From a virus, in the IMG/VR virus record IMGVR_UViG_3300045988_137804, positions 1 to 64,000 of that record: DNA of 64,000 bases. One strand, written 5' to 3'. The notes under the pieces are model-generated. The model did no database searches. It saw only the letters and a program-made list of their open reading frames with translations, and had not been told where the DNA came from. This document shows positions 52,660 through 63,456 of the stretch, piece by piece; position 1 is the stretch's first letter; every line of letters begins with the position of its first letter. The position numbers and the translations under genes are program-made.

Positions 52660-54513
52660 CTACATCTCCTTAAATTCACCCTGAGTCATTAATGTTCCAG
52701 TATTCGTAAGTGACACTGGCGTATTGTATAATTCTTTTATATCTTGATCCGATAGAGCAGTAGCATACATTCTGAAATCTGATATAGAATAATCAGAAGT
52801 GGAAGAGCTGTCCTCACTATAACAATTACCAATACGATGTAATGCATGTGCTGATGCATACTCGGTATCTATATTGCTGTGTGTAACAGTTTTTCTCAAC
52901 ACGCCATTTAAATAATATTTGGCTGTATGTGTTTCTAAATCCCATGTGATTGTGAACATATTCCATACATTTAAATTAACATCAAACGTACATGTATTAC
53001 TGCAACAATCCATTGTAATAGCTTGTGCCCCTGTAGAACCAATTATAATAAAATCATATTTGTTTCCTGTCCAGTTATAACCATTTGCAAAAAATAGATA
53101 AGTTCTCCATGTATTGCTAGTTGAATGTCTATTAATCCAGAGATTTGCTGTTCCCTGAGACATATTTTCAAATGAAAAATTCGGTGTAATTATTCCTGTT
53201 TGCGCACCATTTAATAGTTTGCATGAACCATCATATCTTGGAGCATCGTTGTTATATGAAATATAATCTTTATTATACATTGTTCCATGATTCCCATAAC
53301 CACTTGTATCATAAACAATTCCATCATTCCAAGCACCATTACTTATAGGAGTATCAACATCACATTCTGATACTTGCACATCTTTAAGGTCAAAATCAAA
53401 TGAAAAAGTTGCGTCTTTAGTAGCCATAGCACTTGTATAAAATTCTAAGATTGGGTTAGTTTTATAAGTTGTTCCAGATCTATCTGATGTTTCTTCAAGT
53501 TGGATAATTAAATGATGTTCTCGCCATTTACCATCAGCCAAACTTGACGAGCAGACTGTTGAATTTTTAGGTCTAGCCCAGTCATTATCCATTCTACTTG
53601 CTCTTAATTCAAAAGATACATTAGAAGTACATGTATTGCATCTAGTCTTACAACTATAATCATATTTCTTTCCTGCCGTGAAATTAAATACTGGAAAGCT
53701 AATTGACTTCCAACTATTTGTTCCAGTACCTGTATATGTATATTTATAATTATATCCACGTTCATCTGTTAGCTTTGTACATGTTATATCATTTACACCA
53801 CCATTGGCTCTTCCTTCAAAGAAATCTCCGGAATATTTATTAATAGAAGCAGTAGGATACGGATCGTTTAAAGGATAGTGACAGATCATACCTTTTGCTA
53901 ATTCTTTAATTTCGCGTGGTGATAGGGCGTTGTCGTAGATGCGGATGTCTGACATATAAGATTGATACATCATATCGCCTTTAATTCTAGAGCCAATTGT
54001 AATTGATTTGTTTGAACCCCAAATATCAGACAAGTTATTAACCTTTGTTTTTTCTACTATTAAAGAACCATTAACATAAAATTTTCTACTTGTTCCATCA
54101 ATTATAAATGCAATATGATGCCATTTGTCATTTGACAAATTAAAAAGACATGTATTTCCACCAATTAAACCTTTTGAGTCTGAAAACCAATAGTAACCAG
54201 TCGTCGTATTTACTTCTAACCGATTATCATATTCGCCTATTGCAAATATATCTGACCATGCTCTAGGTGTCTTTGGTTTTACCCATAATGCAATAGTCAA
54301 TTCTTCTGAGTCATATTCCCACGGGACTCTTAAACAATAATCTCCCATAGATATACTCTTACCAAATTTATCATCTATATACGAAGGACTTGATGATGCT
54401 GTAATATTCATCGTACCAAGTCCATGATTTTCTAAGTTGTTCTGTGTGTTTAACCACACTTGTAAAGCCAATAAAGACCACTCCCTTTCTTTGAAAAAAG
54501 GAGCAGAATTCAT
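52660..54513 (-). CDS. double LamG/concanavalin-like lectin-domain protein, paralog B
   Basis: Same architecture and C-terminus (NTGTLMTQGEFKEM) as paralog A. Start moved to the ATG at 54513 (AAGGAG upstream), which avoids the overlap with the preceding fibre gene. Confidence 0.65.
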   Translation of the reverse strand: MNSAPFFKEREWSLLALQVWLNTQNNLENHGLGTMNITASSSPSYIDDKFGKSISMGDYCLRVPWEYDSEELTIALWVKPKTPRAWSDIFAIGEYDNRLEVNTTTGYYWFSDSKGLIGGNTCLFNLSNDKWHHIAFIIDGTSRKFYVNGSLIVEKTKVNNLSDIWGSNKSITIGSRIKGDMMYQSYMSDIRIYDNALSPREIKELAKGMICHYPLNDPYPTASINKYSGDFFEGRANGGVNDITCTKLTDERGYNYKYTYTGTGTNSWKSISFPVFNFTAGKKYDYSCKTRCNTCTSNVSFELRASRMDNDWARPKNSTVCSSSLADGKWREHHLIIQLEETSDRSGTTYKTNPILEFYTSAMATKDATFSFDFDLKDVQVSECDVDTPISNGAWNDGIVYDTSGYGNHGTMYNKDYISYNNDAPRYDGSCKLLNGAQTGIITPNFSFENMSQGTANLWINRHSTSNTWRTYLFFANGYNWTGNKYDFIIIGSTGAQAITMDCCSNTCTFDVNLNVWNMFTITWDLETHTAKYYLNGVLRKTVTHSNIDTEYASAHALHRIGNCYSEDSSSTSDYSISDFRMYATALSDQDIKELYNTPVSLTNTGTLMTQGEFKEM

Positions 54514-54526
54514 CCGCTCCTTAATA

Positions 54527-57500
54527 TTAATTAAATGTAAAGTCAATACACTTATTTGTGCTGTTGTATGTAATAGTCGCTCCGCCACCAAGCTGGAATG
54601 ATGTGGCACTTGTTTCTAGTTTACCTGATGCAGAAGAACCAATATTACATAAATTTGTTCCATCTGATTTAACAAAAGTTGCTTTAGGTGATCCATTAAG
54701 ACCTTTAATTCCAAGTGAACCAGTTTTATCATGGTCGCCAATGGCAACATCGTCACCAAGCGTATTCCATGTATTATTTGCAAGGTTTAATGCGCCCGTC
54801 ATGGTTCCTCCAGAGAGTTTTAAATATGTTGAATCATGATTGTGTGTAGCCGGAGTAAATGTACTTGGTTTTCCAGATACATTAGCCCATGTAACTGAGT
54901 TAGCTACTTTTGCTACATCCGCAGTTCCAGCTGTGTTTGCTTTACCAGAATAAATACCGTTGGTATCAATGTATGTATGTGTTGCACCTGCAATACCATT
55001 ATTGCAATTAGTGTAAAAGTCAATATTGCCATCATTTGTAAGGAATAATTTTTCATCTCCGCCATTACTAAGCAATGATTTAGCTGCATCTGCGGATTCT
55101 CCACCACCAACGATAGTTGCTCCACCTCCGCCAATTACAACACCATTACCATATACATCTGAGGTATTGTCGATAAATTTAATCATCTCATAAGTAGATT
55201 TTGAACCTTTGTAGCTAATATTCCCTGTCATCACACCACCAGTTAGCTTCAAATAACTACTATCATGATTATGACTACTTGGTGGGTAAGTAGCAGGTTT
55301 ACCAGTAATTCCACTCCAAGGTGCAGAAGTAGCACTACCAGCGGTATAAACTGTATATCCATCTTCAGAAGATAACTTCGTATCATCTATAACGAAATAC
55401 ATCTTTCCTGTGCCTGTAACTTTTACAGTATCACCTTTCTGGATACTTGCTGTAGTTAATTTAAAACGATCCGTATCGTCAGCTACAATAACACAGCGTT
55501 CTAATGCACCTTGAGGAAGACGAGCAATATCAATTGTTCCTGTAGTGATTTTACTTGCATCTACAGATGTAATAGTAGAATTATCATGATTATGAGTTGA
55601 TGGAGTATAAGTAGATGGTTTATTTTTTACATTATTCCATTCTACAGATTGTGCAGAAGCTGCGGTTGTCGCAGATGTTGCGCTTTTAACTGAAGCATTT
55701 GCAATATCTGTAATCTGAGAAATTGTATGATTGTGAGAAGTGTTTGCCTTACCACTAAGTTTTGAATCTACTTCAGATTCAGTGTAATATCTATCATCAT
55801 GGGTGTGAGAAGATGGTGTGAATGTGGAAGGTTTGCCTGTGACATTTCCCCAAGCTACAGCACCAGCAGAATTTGCGTAGTTTACAGAACCTCCGTCGGA
55901 CGAAGTAACTGTTGCTGTTGGAGTGGCGGATTCTGGTGTGTCATTACTTTTTATTTCCATGTTCCAATTGTTAGAAGTGTTAGTTGACTCTAAAACACGG
56001 ACTTTCATTCTGCCATATTGATTTTGATGGTTATAAATATAAAGAGTCCACGTATTTCCATTTGTGTTGATGATTGCATCACCAGGCAAGAAAGCTGTGC
56101 CTGTTCTTGATTCCCATTTTAATTCTCTTACATATATAGTGGTAGAATTATCACATCTTATATGCAAATCTAAAATAGCAGAACCGATATTACCATATCC
56201 ATATGTAAAGAGTAATCTCGCAACATGATTTGAGTATCCGGTTAATGTCGTACTATAAACTTTATACCAACCTGCTGTATTAGCCTTATCTGAACCAATA
56301 TAAGCTACGCTACCTATTTTGTCTAGTGAGACATGTGTATGCCCCGTATCTGATTTCCCATCCAAAACACTCTTAATAGCAGCTTGTGTCATTGTTCCGT
56401 CAGTAGCTGTTCCGGTTCCAGTATATAACTTAGTCAATCCGGAAGTAGAAGCAGTACCCGTAGAATATGTTGTATTTGTACTTGGGATTCCAAGAGCTGT
56501 GATATCAGATTTTGCTACCGCAGTTGTTCCAGAAACATGACCTGTAGAATCTACAGTTACTTTGTATAATCCATTTGTTTTAGCAGTATAAGAAGGATGC
56601 GTGTAGACGGTATCGGTGAGTTTTTCTTCTGTCCAGTTTCCCCATGTGCCATCTTGACAAAATCTTCTATACGATTTGTTTATTGTTGTAGAGCCAGTTG
56701 TAAATAGAATTTGGGTATAATATGTTCCATTTGCTGTATGCGATACAATTAATCCAAAATTGTCAACTCCAGATGGTTTATTTGAAACGGTATTTCCACC
56801 ACCAGCGTTATAAAAACCAGGAGTAGTAACACTATTTAAATTTTGATTTGTAAGTGTCATCATTGCGGCTTTATTTTCATTTAACCACTTACCCTGTGCT
56901 GCACTCAAACTTTTATCTGTCGCTGTAGAAGTAAGATTATCTATAACATCACGCCATGTATTTGTATTATTATCTGTAAGTTCAATAGTGGTTGCACCAG
57001 ACTGATTAGTTGTAAATGATCCTTTTACAGCTCCAGCCTGCTTTATTGTAATTGTTCCATTACCTACACTTGGAATAGTAGGCTTATTAGAAAGATCATT
57101 ATAAGAACCACTGATAGCAACCTTATGTAATTTACTTTTAATGTATTCAAATAATGCTTTCAATGGTCTACGATGATAAGTAGTTGTTGTAGTTCCTCCA
57201 CCTGCGTATTGAGACACGTAATAGTCATCATCATTCGGTGTGGCAGTTCCGGTTGTTAACGTATTAATCATCGTAGATAAATCATGTGTATGATTTGTAT
57301 TTGATTTTCCAGCCAAAGCAGAATTTACAACTTTATTTTGCACTGGATTTGTAGAAGTAGAACTCAACGCAGAGTCTACAGTTGTTTTATTGGCTCCAGA
57401 TGCGATGCCATCAAGTTTGGAACGGTCGTCTGGAGATAAGGATTCGTAAAGTGGAAGTTCTGACCATTTCTTAGAACCATCTCCAATTTTAAAATTGCCA

Positions 57501-57607
57501 GAATTTTTTACAAACCCGAGTTCGTCTTCACCGAGAACTGGGTTGGTGGATTCCCAGTTCTTTTCAGTGTCTGATCTTTGTAAAAGTTTAACTGATAAAG
57601 TTTTCAT
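54527..57607 (-). CDS. long tail fibre protein (1026 aa)
   Basis: N-terminal fibre-anchor-type sequence (TEKNWESTNPVLGEDELGFV...KIGDGSKKWSELPLY). Repeated S.HTH/HNHD motifs. Modules shared with 46900-48618 and 60286-62025. Confidence 0.7.
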   Translation of the reverse strand: MKTLSVKLLQRSDTEKNWESTNPVLGEDELGFVKNSGNFKIGDGSKKWSELPLYESLSPDDRSKLDGIASGANKTTVDSALSSTSTNPVQNKVVNSALAGKSNTNHTHDLSTMINTLTTGTATPNDDDYYVSQYAGGGTTTTTYHRRPLKALFEYIKSKLHKVAISGSYNDLSNKPTIPSVGNGTITIKQAGAVKGSFTTNQSGATTIELTDNNTNTWRDVIDNLTSTATDKSLSAAQGKWLNENKAAMMTLTNQNLNSVTTPGFYNAGGGNTVSNKPSGVDNFGLIVSHTANGTYYTQILFTTGSTTINKSYRRFCQDGTWGNWTEEKLTDTVYTHPSYTAKTNGLYKVTVDSTGHVSGTTAVAKSDITALGIPSTNTTYSTGTASTSGLTKLYTGTGTATDGTMTQAAIKSVLDGKSDTGHTHVSLDKIGSVAYIGSDKANTAGWYKVYSTTLTGYSNHVARLLFTYGYGNIGSAILDLHIRCDNSTTIYVRELKWESRTGTAFLPGDAIINTNGNTWTLYIYNHQNQYGRMKVRVLESTNTSNNWNMEIKSNDTPESATPTATVTSSDGGSVNYANSAGAVAWGNVTGKPSTFTPSSHTHDDRYYTESEVDSKLSGKANTSHNHTISQITDIANASVKSATSATTAASAQSVEWNNVKNKPSTYTPSTHNHDNSTITSVDASKITTGTIDIARLPQGALERCVIVADDTDRFKLTTASIQKGDTVKVTGTGKMYFVIDDTKLSSEDGYTVYTAGSATSAPWSGITGKPATYPPSSHNHDSSYLKLTGGVMTGNISYKGSKSTYEMIKFIDNTSDVYGNGVVIGGGGATIVGGGESADAAKSLLSNGGDEKLFLTNDGNIDFYTNCNNGIAGATHTYIDTNGIYSGKANTAGTADVAKVANSVTWANVSGKPSTFTPATHNHDSTYLKLSGGTMTGALNLANNTWNTLGDDVAIGDHDKTGSLGIKGLNGSPKATFVKSDGTNLCNIGSSASGKLETSATSFQLGGGATITYNSTNKCIDFTFN

Positions 57608-57628
57608 TAATTATTTACTCCAATCTTT

Positions 57629-60271
57629 TTATTCAAGTTTCGTATTTATAAGTTTATACAAAGATGCTCCAAAATCTATAGGAGTGCCTTTGTACCCAGC
57701 CGACACAGCTCCAGCATATATACTACCAGCAATGTCTATCTTTTCTCCTTTTAAATCATAACAATAAACACTACCTTTTTCTGTAATATATAAAGCGTTT
57801 CTAAATTTTGAAGGAGTTAAATTTTCCTGTTCTTCATTAATTCTACATAATCTCAACGAAGCATTAGTGGATGATTTTCCACGTATGGACACCTCCTCGT
57901 CCAAATCATACATATATACATCATCTAATGTTAATGTTACATTTGTACCGAATCCAAAACTTTGGAAGCCAACACACAAGCTTGTTGCATTATCTGGAAT
58001 GGTATATCTTATACAACATATTTTTTCACCAGACCACACATCTGATTTATTTTTTGTATTACTATACAAACGCACTGTGTTTGGATTATCTGTATTAACT
58101 CCTAATCCAAAAGCATAATTTACCCATCCGTTAGATGCTGTTCCTAATCCAGTTGATCCATCAGAAAACACAAATGTTGAACAGCCAAGTTCTATAGTGT
58201 GTCCTCTTAAAGCTATGACATCATCTCCACTATATTTGTATTTAGACCATCCCCATGCATTAGTATGTGATATATTGTAATCATATACTTTCCAACCATT
58301 CTTTGTATCTGGTGTCATTTTTGCACTCATTTCTGATGAATTATTGAAGCTTGTTGGAAAAATATTTGTATACCATTTTTTTGAAACTTCGTCTGAATGT
58401 TCGCCAAGATCAATGAGGTATGCGTTTTTAAGTGTCACTGTTCCATTAAACTTTTCGTTCTCTGGTGCATGAAACCATACTCTTATATTGTAAGAAGTAA
58501 ATATATCTTCAGACGTTTTATCATAGTATCCAGTTGCCGTACCAAGATCACTTCCAACACCACTGATTTTATAGTTTGTTACAGCATCCCCGTTTAAAGG
58601 TTGCATATCAACATAGATGTAAAAAGATGGCACAGACCATAACCATTTCGCATCATATACTGTTCCATTTGGTAAAGTCCAACTATCTTCTGACATATCA
58701 AACACAACGTCAGAAAAACCGAATTCTAGCCCTTTACCTGTTTGTTTAAAGTCTTCGTAGTTTGTTGGTTGTATAACATTCAAATAAATTCCACCTTGGT
58801 TCAAATCTGTATAGCTACAAACAATATCAGTTGTTCCATCAGAATTTTGAACAACTTCAATCGCTCCTCCAGAAATTCCATGACTTTCTGAGTCAGTTGA
58901 TATAAAATTTGTGTAATCCGAAAATGATAATGTGTTATTCCAGTCATCGATTGCCATTCTCCAGTATGAAACAGCGTTTCTTTTTGAATCAGCAGTGGCA
59001 TTATTTACAAGGTCTGATAAGGTAGTAATTTCGTCCATCAGTTCATGTTCAATAACTGGTGCAGTTAGGAATCCATTATTGAACTTATGTCCATCTAAAA
59101 TACAGTAATTTTTAATTGCTGTTTCTTTAGATACTTTACCAGATAAATTTTTCCATTTATGAACCTCTAAAACATGAGAATTAACTTTTAATTGATAGAT
59201 ATTGTCATCAATTTTTTTGATAACTTTTGTATTCCCTTTAGAAAACATATCTACAAATTCAGGCTTTTCAATACAATTAAACGTCCCCATAGATACATAT
59301 CCACCGCCACAAGCTAGTGTTGTGGCGCATAAATATGTAAGCAAAATATCTTTATAGTCTCCAGCATCATTTGGAAGATAATTCAATGTCCAAATTTTTG
59401 CTTTACATTTTCCAGTTGAATACCAATTCGCACAATAATCATATATGTTTGTTTGACCGTTTTGCCAAGCATAATCATCTTTATAATTTGTTGAAGAAAT
59501 CAAACACGATTCTAAACATATAACGTCATCAGCATTTAGAGATGAATACCAATCCCCAACAGTAAATGGCATTCCACCATTAGTGATAACAAATAAACCT
59601 CTTGAATAACAGGCATTGATAAGAGTAATCCATTTCTGATTTAATGCTTCGTTTTTATCTTTGAAGTTATCTGGCTTCCATCCAAATTGATAACAAATAT
59701 CTTCTTTTGTAAAATCATATCCCCAATCATCAAAGAACACACCATCTGTGCCAGATCCTTTAAAATAATCTAACCAGTCACAAATTTGCTGGAATGTATA
59801 TATTCTTGTACAACCAGATAAATCTGCTGTTGAACCGTCCCATGAACCATCTGAATTCAGATGTGCATGATCTCCGTTATATGTAAAATCAGTACGTCCA
59901 CTTTCTGATTGGAGATATTCAAATGTACGTAATTTTGGATTTAATTCTTTGGCACGTTTTAGTATTTTTGTTGTATTATCTGTGAAAGTCGGTCTTGAAT
60001 CGGCTAATCTATTTAAATTTAAACGTTGCATTCCAACAAGATCATGTTTTGAAAACATAATTGCATCATTTTCAATTCCGTTTCCACGTTCAATATTATT
60101 ACTCCAACCTAACCAAACAAGTCCCAAACTTTGATCTATAGGCATTGTGTTTTCATATTTCTCAAGCGATTTATTGATTTCATCAATTGAATTTCGAGAT
60201 GCTTCATCCATAATCTCATATACTGGAGAATTATTTATGGCAAAAGTTTTCATAACTTTATTCGTGCTCAA
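57629..60271 (-). CDS. tail-associated protein, possible TIM-barrel glycosidase-like depolymerase
   Basis: 880 aa in the fibre cluster. The segment GSGTDGVFFDDWGYDF loosely resembles the GH114/GHL-type DGVFLD motif. Unverified. Confidence 0.35.
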   Translation of the reverse strand: MSTNKVMKTFAINNSPVYEIMDEASRNSIDEINKSLEKYENTMPIDQSLGLVWLGWSNNIERGNGIENDAIMFSKHDLVGMQRLNLNRLADSRPTFTDNTTKILKRAKELNPKLRTFEYLQSESGRTDFTYNGDHAHLNSDGSWDGSTADLSGCTRIYTFQQICDWLDYFKGSGTDGVFFDDWGYDFTKEDICYQFGWKPDNFKDKNEALNQKWITLINACYSRGLFVITNGGMPFTVGDWYSSLNADDVICLESCLISSTNYKDDYAWQNGQTNIYDYCANWYSTGKCKAKIWTLNYLPNDAGDYKDILLTYLCATTLACGGGYVSMGTFNCIEKPEFVDMFSKGNTKVIKKIDDNIYQLKVNSHVLEVHKWKNLSGKVSKETAIKNYCILDGHKFNNGFLTAPVIEHELMDEITTLSDLVNNATADSKRNAVSYWRMAIDDWNNTLSFSDYTNFISTDSESHGISGGAIEVVQNSDGTTDIVCSYTDLNQGGIYLNVIQPTNYEDFKQTGKGLEFGFSDVVFDMSEDSWTLPNGTVYDAKWLWSVPSFYIYVDMQPLNGDAVTNYKISGVGSDLGTATGYYDKTSEDIFTSYNIRVWFHAPENEKFNGTVTLKNAYLIDLGEHSDEVSKKWYTNIFPTSFNNSSEMSAKMTPDTKNGWKVYDYNISHTNAWGWSKYKYSGDDVIALRGHTIELGCSTFVFSDGSTGLGTASNGWVNYAFGLGVNTDNPNTVRLYSNTKNKSDVWSGEKICCIRYTIPDNATSLCVGFQSFGFGTNVTLTLDDVYMYDLDEEVSIRGKSSTNASLRLCRINEEQENLTPSKFRNALYITEKGSVYCYDLKGEKIDIAGSIYAGAVSAGYKGTPIDFGASLYKLINTKLE

Positions 60272-60285
60272 AAAATCACCTCCAT

Positions 60286-62025
60286 TTAAATAGTTAAAAC
60301 AACGTTGCCGTTATCATCATCTGCTACAGAAATTTCCTTCCCAGCAAGCTGTGTGTCTCCGTTACTATCAGTAACAGTAGAACTTACAACACTGGTAACT
60401 TTAAGATTTCCATCATTATTTGATACATAAGTTGTTGCGCCACCGGCATTTCCACCATCAAGAATTAATAATTCAGTCCCTTGAACCAAATAATTTGTTG
60501 ATACATTCGCCTCTACAGGAATACCATTTGCAAAATATACTGGATGTGTTGTAGAACCTGCGTTTGTTCCTAATTTACTTGCAGTTGTAGCATTAGTAGC
60601 AGAACTAGCAGATCCTGCACTTGTTGCATATTTAACAGATTTATCCTTATCTGCCGTATTATCTACATTTCCAAGACCTACTTCCGATTTCGTGTAAGTT
60701 GGCTTTTTTGCTGCTTTCGCCCATGCAGGAACGTCAGATGCAGGTAGAGTAGTAGGATAAGCTGGAAGAGTTACCGTAGTTCCGGATTTATATTCTGTTG
60801 TACCAATTTTTACAGACTGAACAGCGCTATCAGCTTTTGCTCCCTGTGCAGCCGTAGCTTTTCCATCAAGAGCAGCCTGTAATCCTGTAATAGTGCTAAT
60901 TGCCTGATTATGCGCAGATGGTGTATATGATGTTGGTTTGCCTGTTACACCAGACCACGGAACAGAAGTAGCTGATCCGGCTGTGTAAATCTCATAACCT
61001 TCTTCACTTGAAAGTTTGCTTTCGTCAACAACATAGTACATTTTTCCAGTACCAGTTACTTTGACTGTATCACCAAGCTGTACATTAGTTTTTGTAAGCT
61101 TAAATCTTGCAGTGTCATCTGCAACGATTGTTAATCTTTCAAGAGCACCTTGAGGCAATCTTGCGATATCAATCGTTCCTGTTGTAATCTTTCCTGCATC
61201 AATTGCTGTGATATCAGCATTTCCATGTGTATGATGTTTAGCGGCGGCATCTGTAATTCCATAACCACCTAAAGTTGTAGGATTAGAACCACCTGTTACA
61301 TGTCCCTGTGCATTCACCGTAACTTTAGTGTATGTACCAGCAGAAACTCCGGAAGTAGGATGTGAATATTTTGTATCTGTAGAATTGACTACAATTGCCC
61401 CATTAGCATCTGTTGTTACAGAAGTAGCTCCGGAACCTTTAATTGTAACAGACTGTTTCTTGGAGTCGCTGTCTACAATATCTACGGTCGCATTACCATT
61501 CGTTGCATTTGTTGGAGTTCCAAGAGTGTATGTTGTATTTTTATAAGAAGAAATATAATTCTTATCGTTTGTAAGTTCTGAGACTTTGGTTGGTACTTTT
61601 ACATTTACAGCCTTAGAATTTGGTGTGAGGGCAGTACCATTTACTTTCACAGTCTCAATTACGTTAGCCTGTGCATTACTTGGAGCATGTGCTGACTGAG
61701 AATGCGTAAAAGCTTTATCATAATTTGATTTTAATCCTGTTGTAAATGAAGCTGTAATAGCATCTAGGATCGCTTTATTTGAGTGAGAATGTGAAGCTGC
61801 CTTAACCGCAGCATTAATAGCATTTGTAATTTCTGTTGGAGTATTTGTAAGATAAGGAAGGTCTGCAAATTTGTCTGTACCATTACCAACCTTTACTTTC
61901 GGTTCTCCGCTTTCAGGAAATTCAATAGCGTACTCACCTTTTAGCAGTACTTTTTCAGAAGTCCCCCAATTTGCAGTAGTATCGTTACAAATAACCAGTC
62001 TTGTGTTTAAAGTATTATTTGCCAT
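60286..62025 (-). CDS. tail fibre protein
   Basis: N-terminus NDTTANWGTSEKVLLKGEYAIE...VGNGTDKFADLPYL. Shares ITTGTIDIARLPQGALER...GDTVKVTGTGKMY...YTAGSATS.PWSG.TGKP with 54527-57607. Confidence 0.7.
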   Translation of the reverse strand: MANNTLNTRLVICNDTTANWGTSEKVLLKGEYAIEFPESGEPKVKVGNGTDKFADLPYLTNTPTEITNAINAAVKAASHSHSNKAILDAITASFTTGLKSNYDKAFTHSQSAHAPSNAQANVIETVKVNGTALTPNSKAVNVKVPTKVSELTNDKNYISSYKNTTYTLGTPTNATNGNATVDIVDSDSKKQSVTIKGSGATSVTTDANGAIVVNSTDTKYSHPTSGVSAGTYTKVTVNAQGHVTGGSNPTTLGGYGITDAAAKHHTHGNADITAIDAGKITTGTIDIARLPQGALERLTIVADDTARFKLTKTNVQLGDTVKVTGTGKMYYVVDESKLSSEEGYEIYTAGSATSVPWSGVTGKPTSYTPSAHNQAISTITGLQAALDGKATAAQGAKADSAVQSVKIGTTEYKSGTTVTLPAYPTTLPASDVPAWAKAAKKPTYTKSEVGLGNVDNTADKDKSVKYATSAGSASSATNATTASKLGTNAGSTTHPVYFANGIPVEANVSTNYLVQGTELLILDGGNAGGATTYVSNNDGNLKVTSVVSSTVTDSNGDTQLAGKEISVADDDNGNVVLTI

Positions 62026-62050
62026 TGTTCCTCCAATCTAAAAAGGAACT

Positions 62051-62482
62051 CTAAGAGTTAGAGTTCCCACAGTTTATAATATTAATTTCATCATAATTGC
62101 TACCTACGCAATAGTATTTTGTATTCTCGTTGTCCCAACGATAAATACGATTTGTTTTAGTAGCAACATAAATATGATATGTATCTCCCATAGTCGGGAA
62201 AGAATATATTGTATCTTTTGTCACGATAGGAGATTCATTCAGTTCAATCCATTCTCCGTTAAAATAATATAATGTATTTGGTAAGAGCAAATAAATTTTA
62301 TTAGCTAATGGAGCAAGAGGAAGTTCTGAACAAATAACCAAATCAGATGACATTTTTATTCGTGTTGTTGCATCATCTTTATAAAAATTCCCCGTATCTC
62401 TACAGAAAATCAATTGACCATCTGTAATAGGGATGTCTGACAAACGAGACTGTGATGCTTCTGTAAGAGATAAAAATCCCAT
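62051..62482 (-). CDS. hypothetical tail/fibre-associated protein
   Basis: 143-aa ORF in the cluster. Confidence 0.45.
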   Translation of the reverse strand: MGFLSLTEASQSRLSDIPITDGQLIFCRDTGNFYKDDATTRIKMSSDLVICSELPLAPLANKIYLLLPNTLYYFNGEWIELNESPIVTKDTIYSFPTMGDTYHIYVATKTNRIYRWDNENTKYYCVGSNYDEINIINCGNSNS

Positions 62483-62517
62483 ATCATCCTCCTTTTATAA
62501 CATCCCATAAGGAAAAA

Positions 62518-63456
62518 TTATGCAATTTCTGTCCAAGTAATTGCGTTTTCAGTTGCTTTTACTCTTGTATCCATTGCTCCATTAAGACCATCGGCATAGG
62601 CTTTTGCATCATTAAGAGCCTTTGTAGCTTTTTCCTGTGCATCTGTTGCAGCCGCATCGATCGCAGCCTGTTTTGCTGTATCAATAGCAGAATTGATAGT
62701 CTGTACTTTTTCATCAATCTGCTCTTTTGTATAGTAGTCCTCAAGAGATTTTGTAACTTCTGCAAATTTGTCATTGATTGCTTTTGTCACAGCTTCAGTT
62801 GTTGCATAAGCAGAGAGGTCTACTGTAAATCCAAGAAGCTCCCAAGCTGTTCCTGTATATACATACTCTTTACCATCGTCATTTGTATGCCATACATCAC
62901 CTGTAACCATACCCTTAACTGCTTCGAGTTCTTTGTAATTCTCTTTAGCTCCTTTAAATCTAAAAACGGACGCTACCTTAGAATCAATCTGCTGCTGAAG
63001 TTCTGATTTTGCGTCATTAACTTTCTTTGTTGCGTCAGCAGAAGCTGTTTCTGTTGCAGACTTAATAGCATCCTCTTTTGCTGCATCAATCTTAGCCTGA
63101 ATTGCTTCGGAGCCTTCTACGCCCTTAAGCTTTTTGGCAAGATAAGTCTTTACGGCAGCCTGTGTTACAACTTTTCCATCATTGTCTGTTGTATCACCAA
63201 TAGTACCGATTGTACCTACTGCAAGATCAACATAATCTGCACCTGTATAAATTTTTGCTGAATAATCATCCAGAACATAAATTACTCCCTGTGATGGTGT
63301 TCCTGGAAGAGCAGAAACTTTTACAACTTTCTGGCTGTATACTTTGTCTCCTTTAAAAATCTGACCATCTGCAAAATAGAGTGTGTCATTGTCTTTTGTT
63401 TCAATTGCATTATACTTATCAAGAGTACCAAATTTAAAATTAATAATGTTATTCAT
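62518..63456 (-). CDS. coiled-coil fibre-like structural protein
   Basis: N-terminal domain similar in style to its neighbours (FKFGTLDKYNAIETKDNDTLYFADGQIF), followed by a long A/K/E-rich coiled coil. Confidence 0.45.
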   Translation of the reverse strand: MNNIINFKFGTLDKYNAIETKDNDTLYFADGQIFKGDKVYSQKVVKVSALPGTPSQGVIYVLDDYSAKIYTGADYVDLAVGTIGTIGDTTDNDGKVVTQAAVKTYLAKKLKGVEGSEAIQAKIDAAKEDAIKSATETASADATKKVNDAKSELQQQIDSKVASVFRFKGAKENYKELEAVKGMVTGDVWHTNDDGKEYVYTGTAWELLGFTVDLSAYATTEAVTKAINDKFAEVTKSLEDYYTKEQIDEKVQTINSAIDTAKQAAIDAAATDAQEKATKALNDAKAYADGLNGAMDTRVKATENAITWTEIA

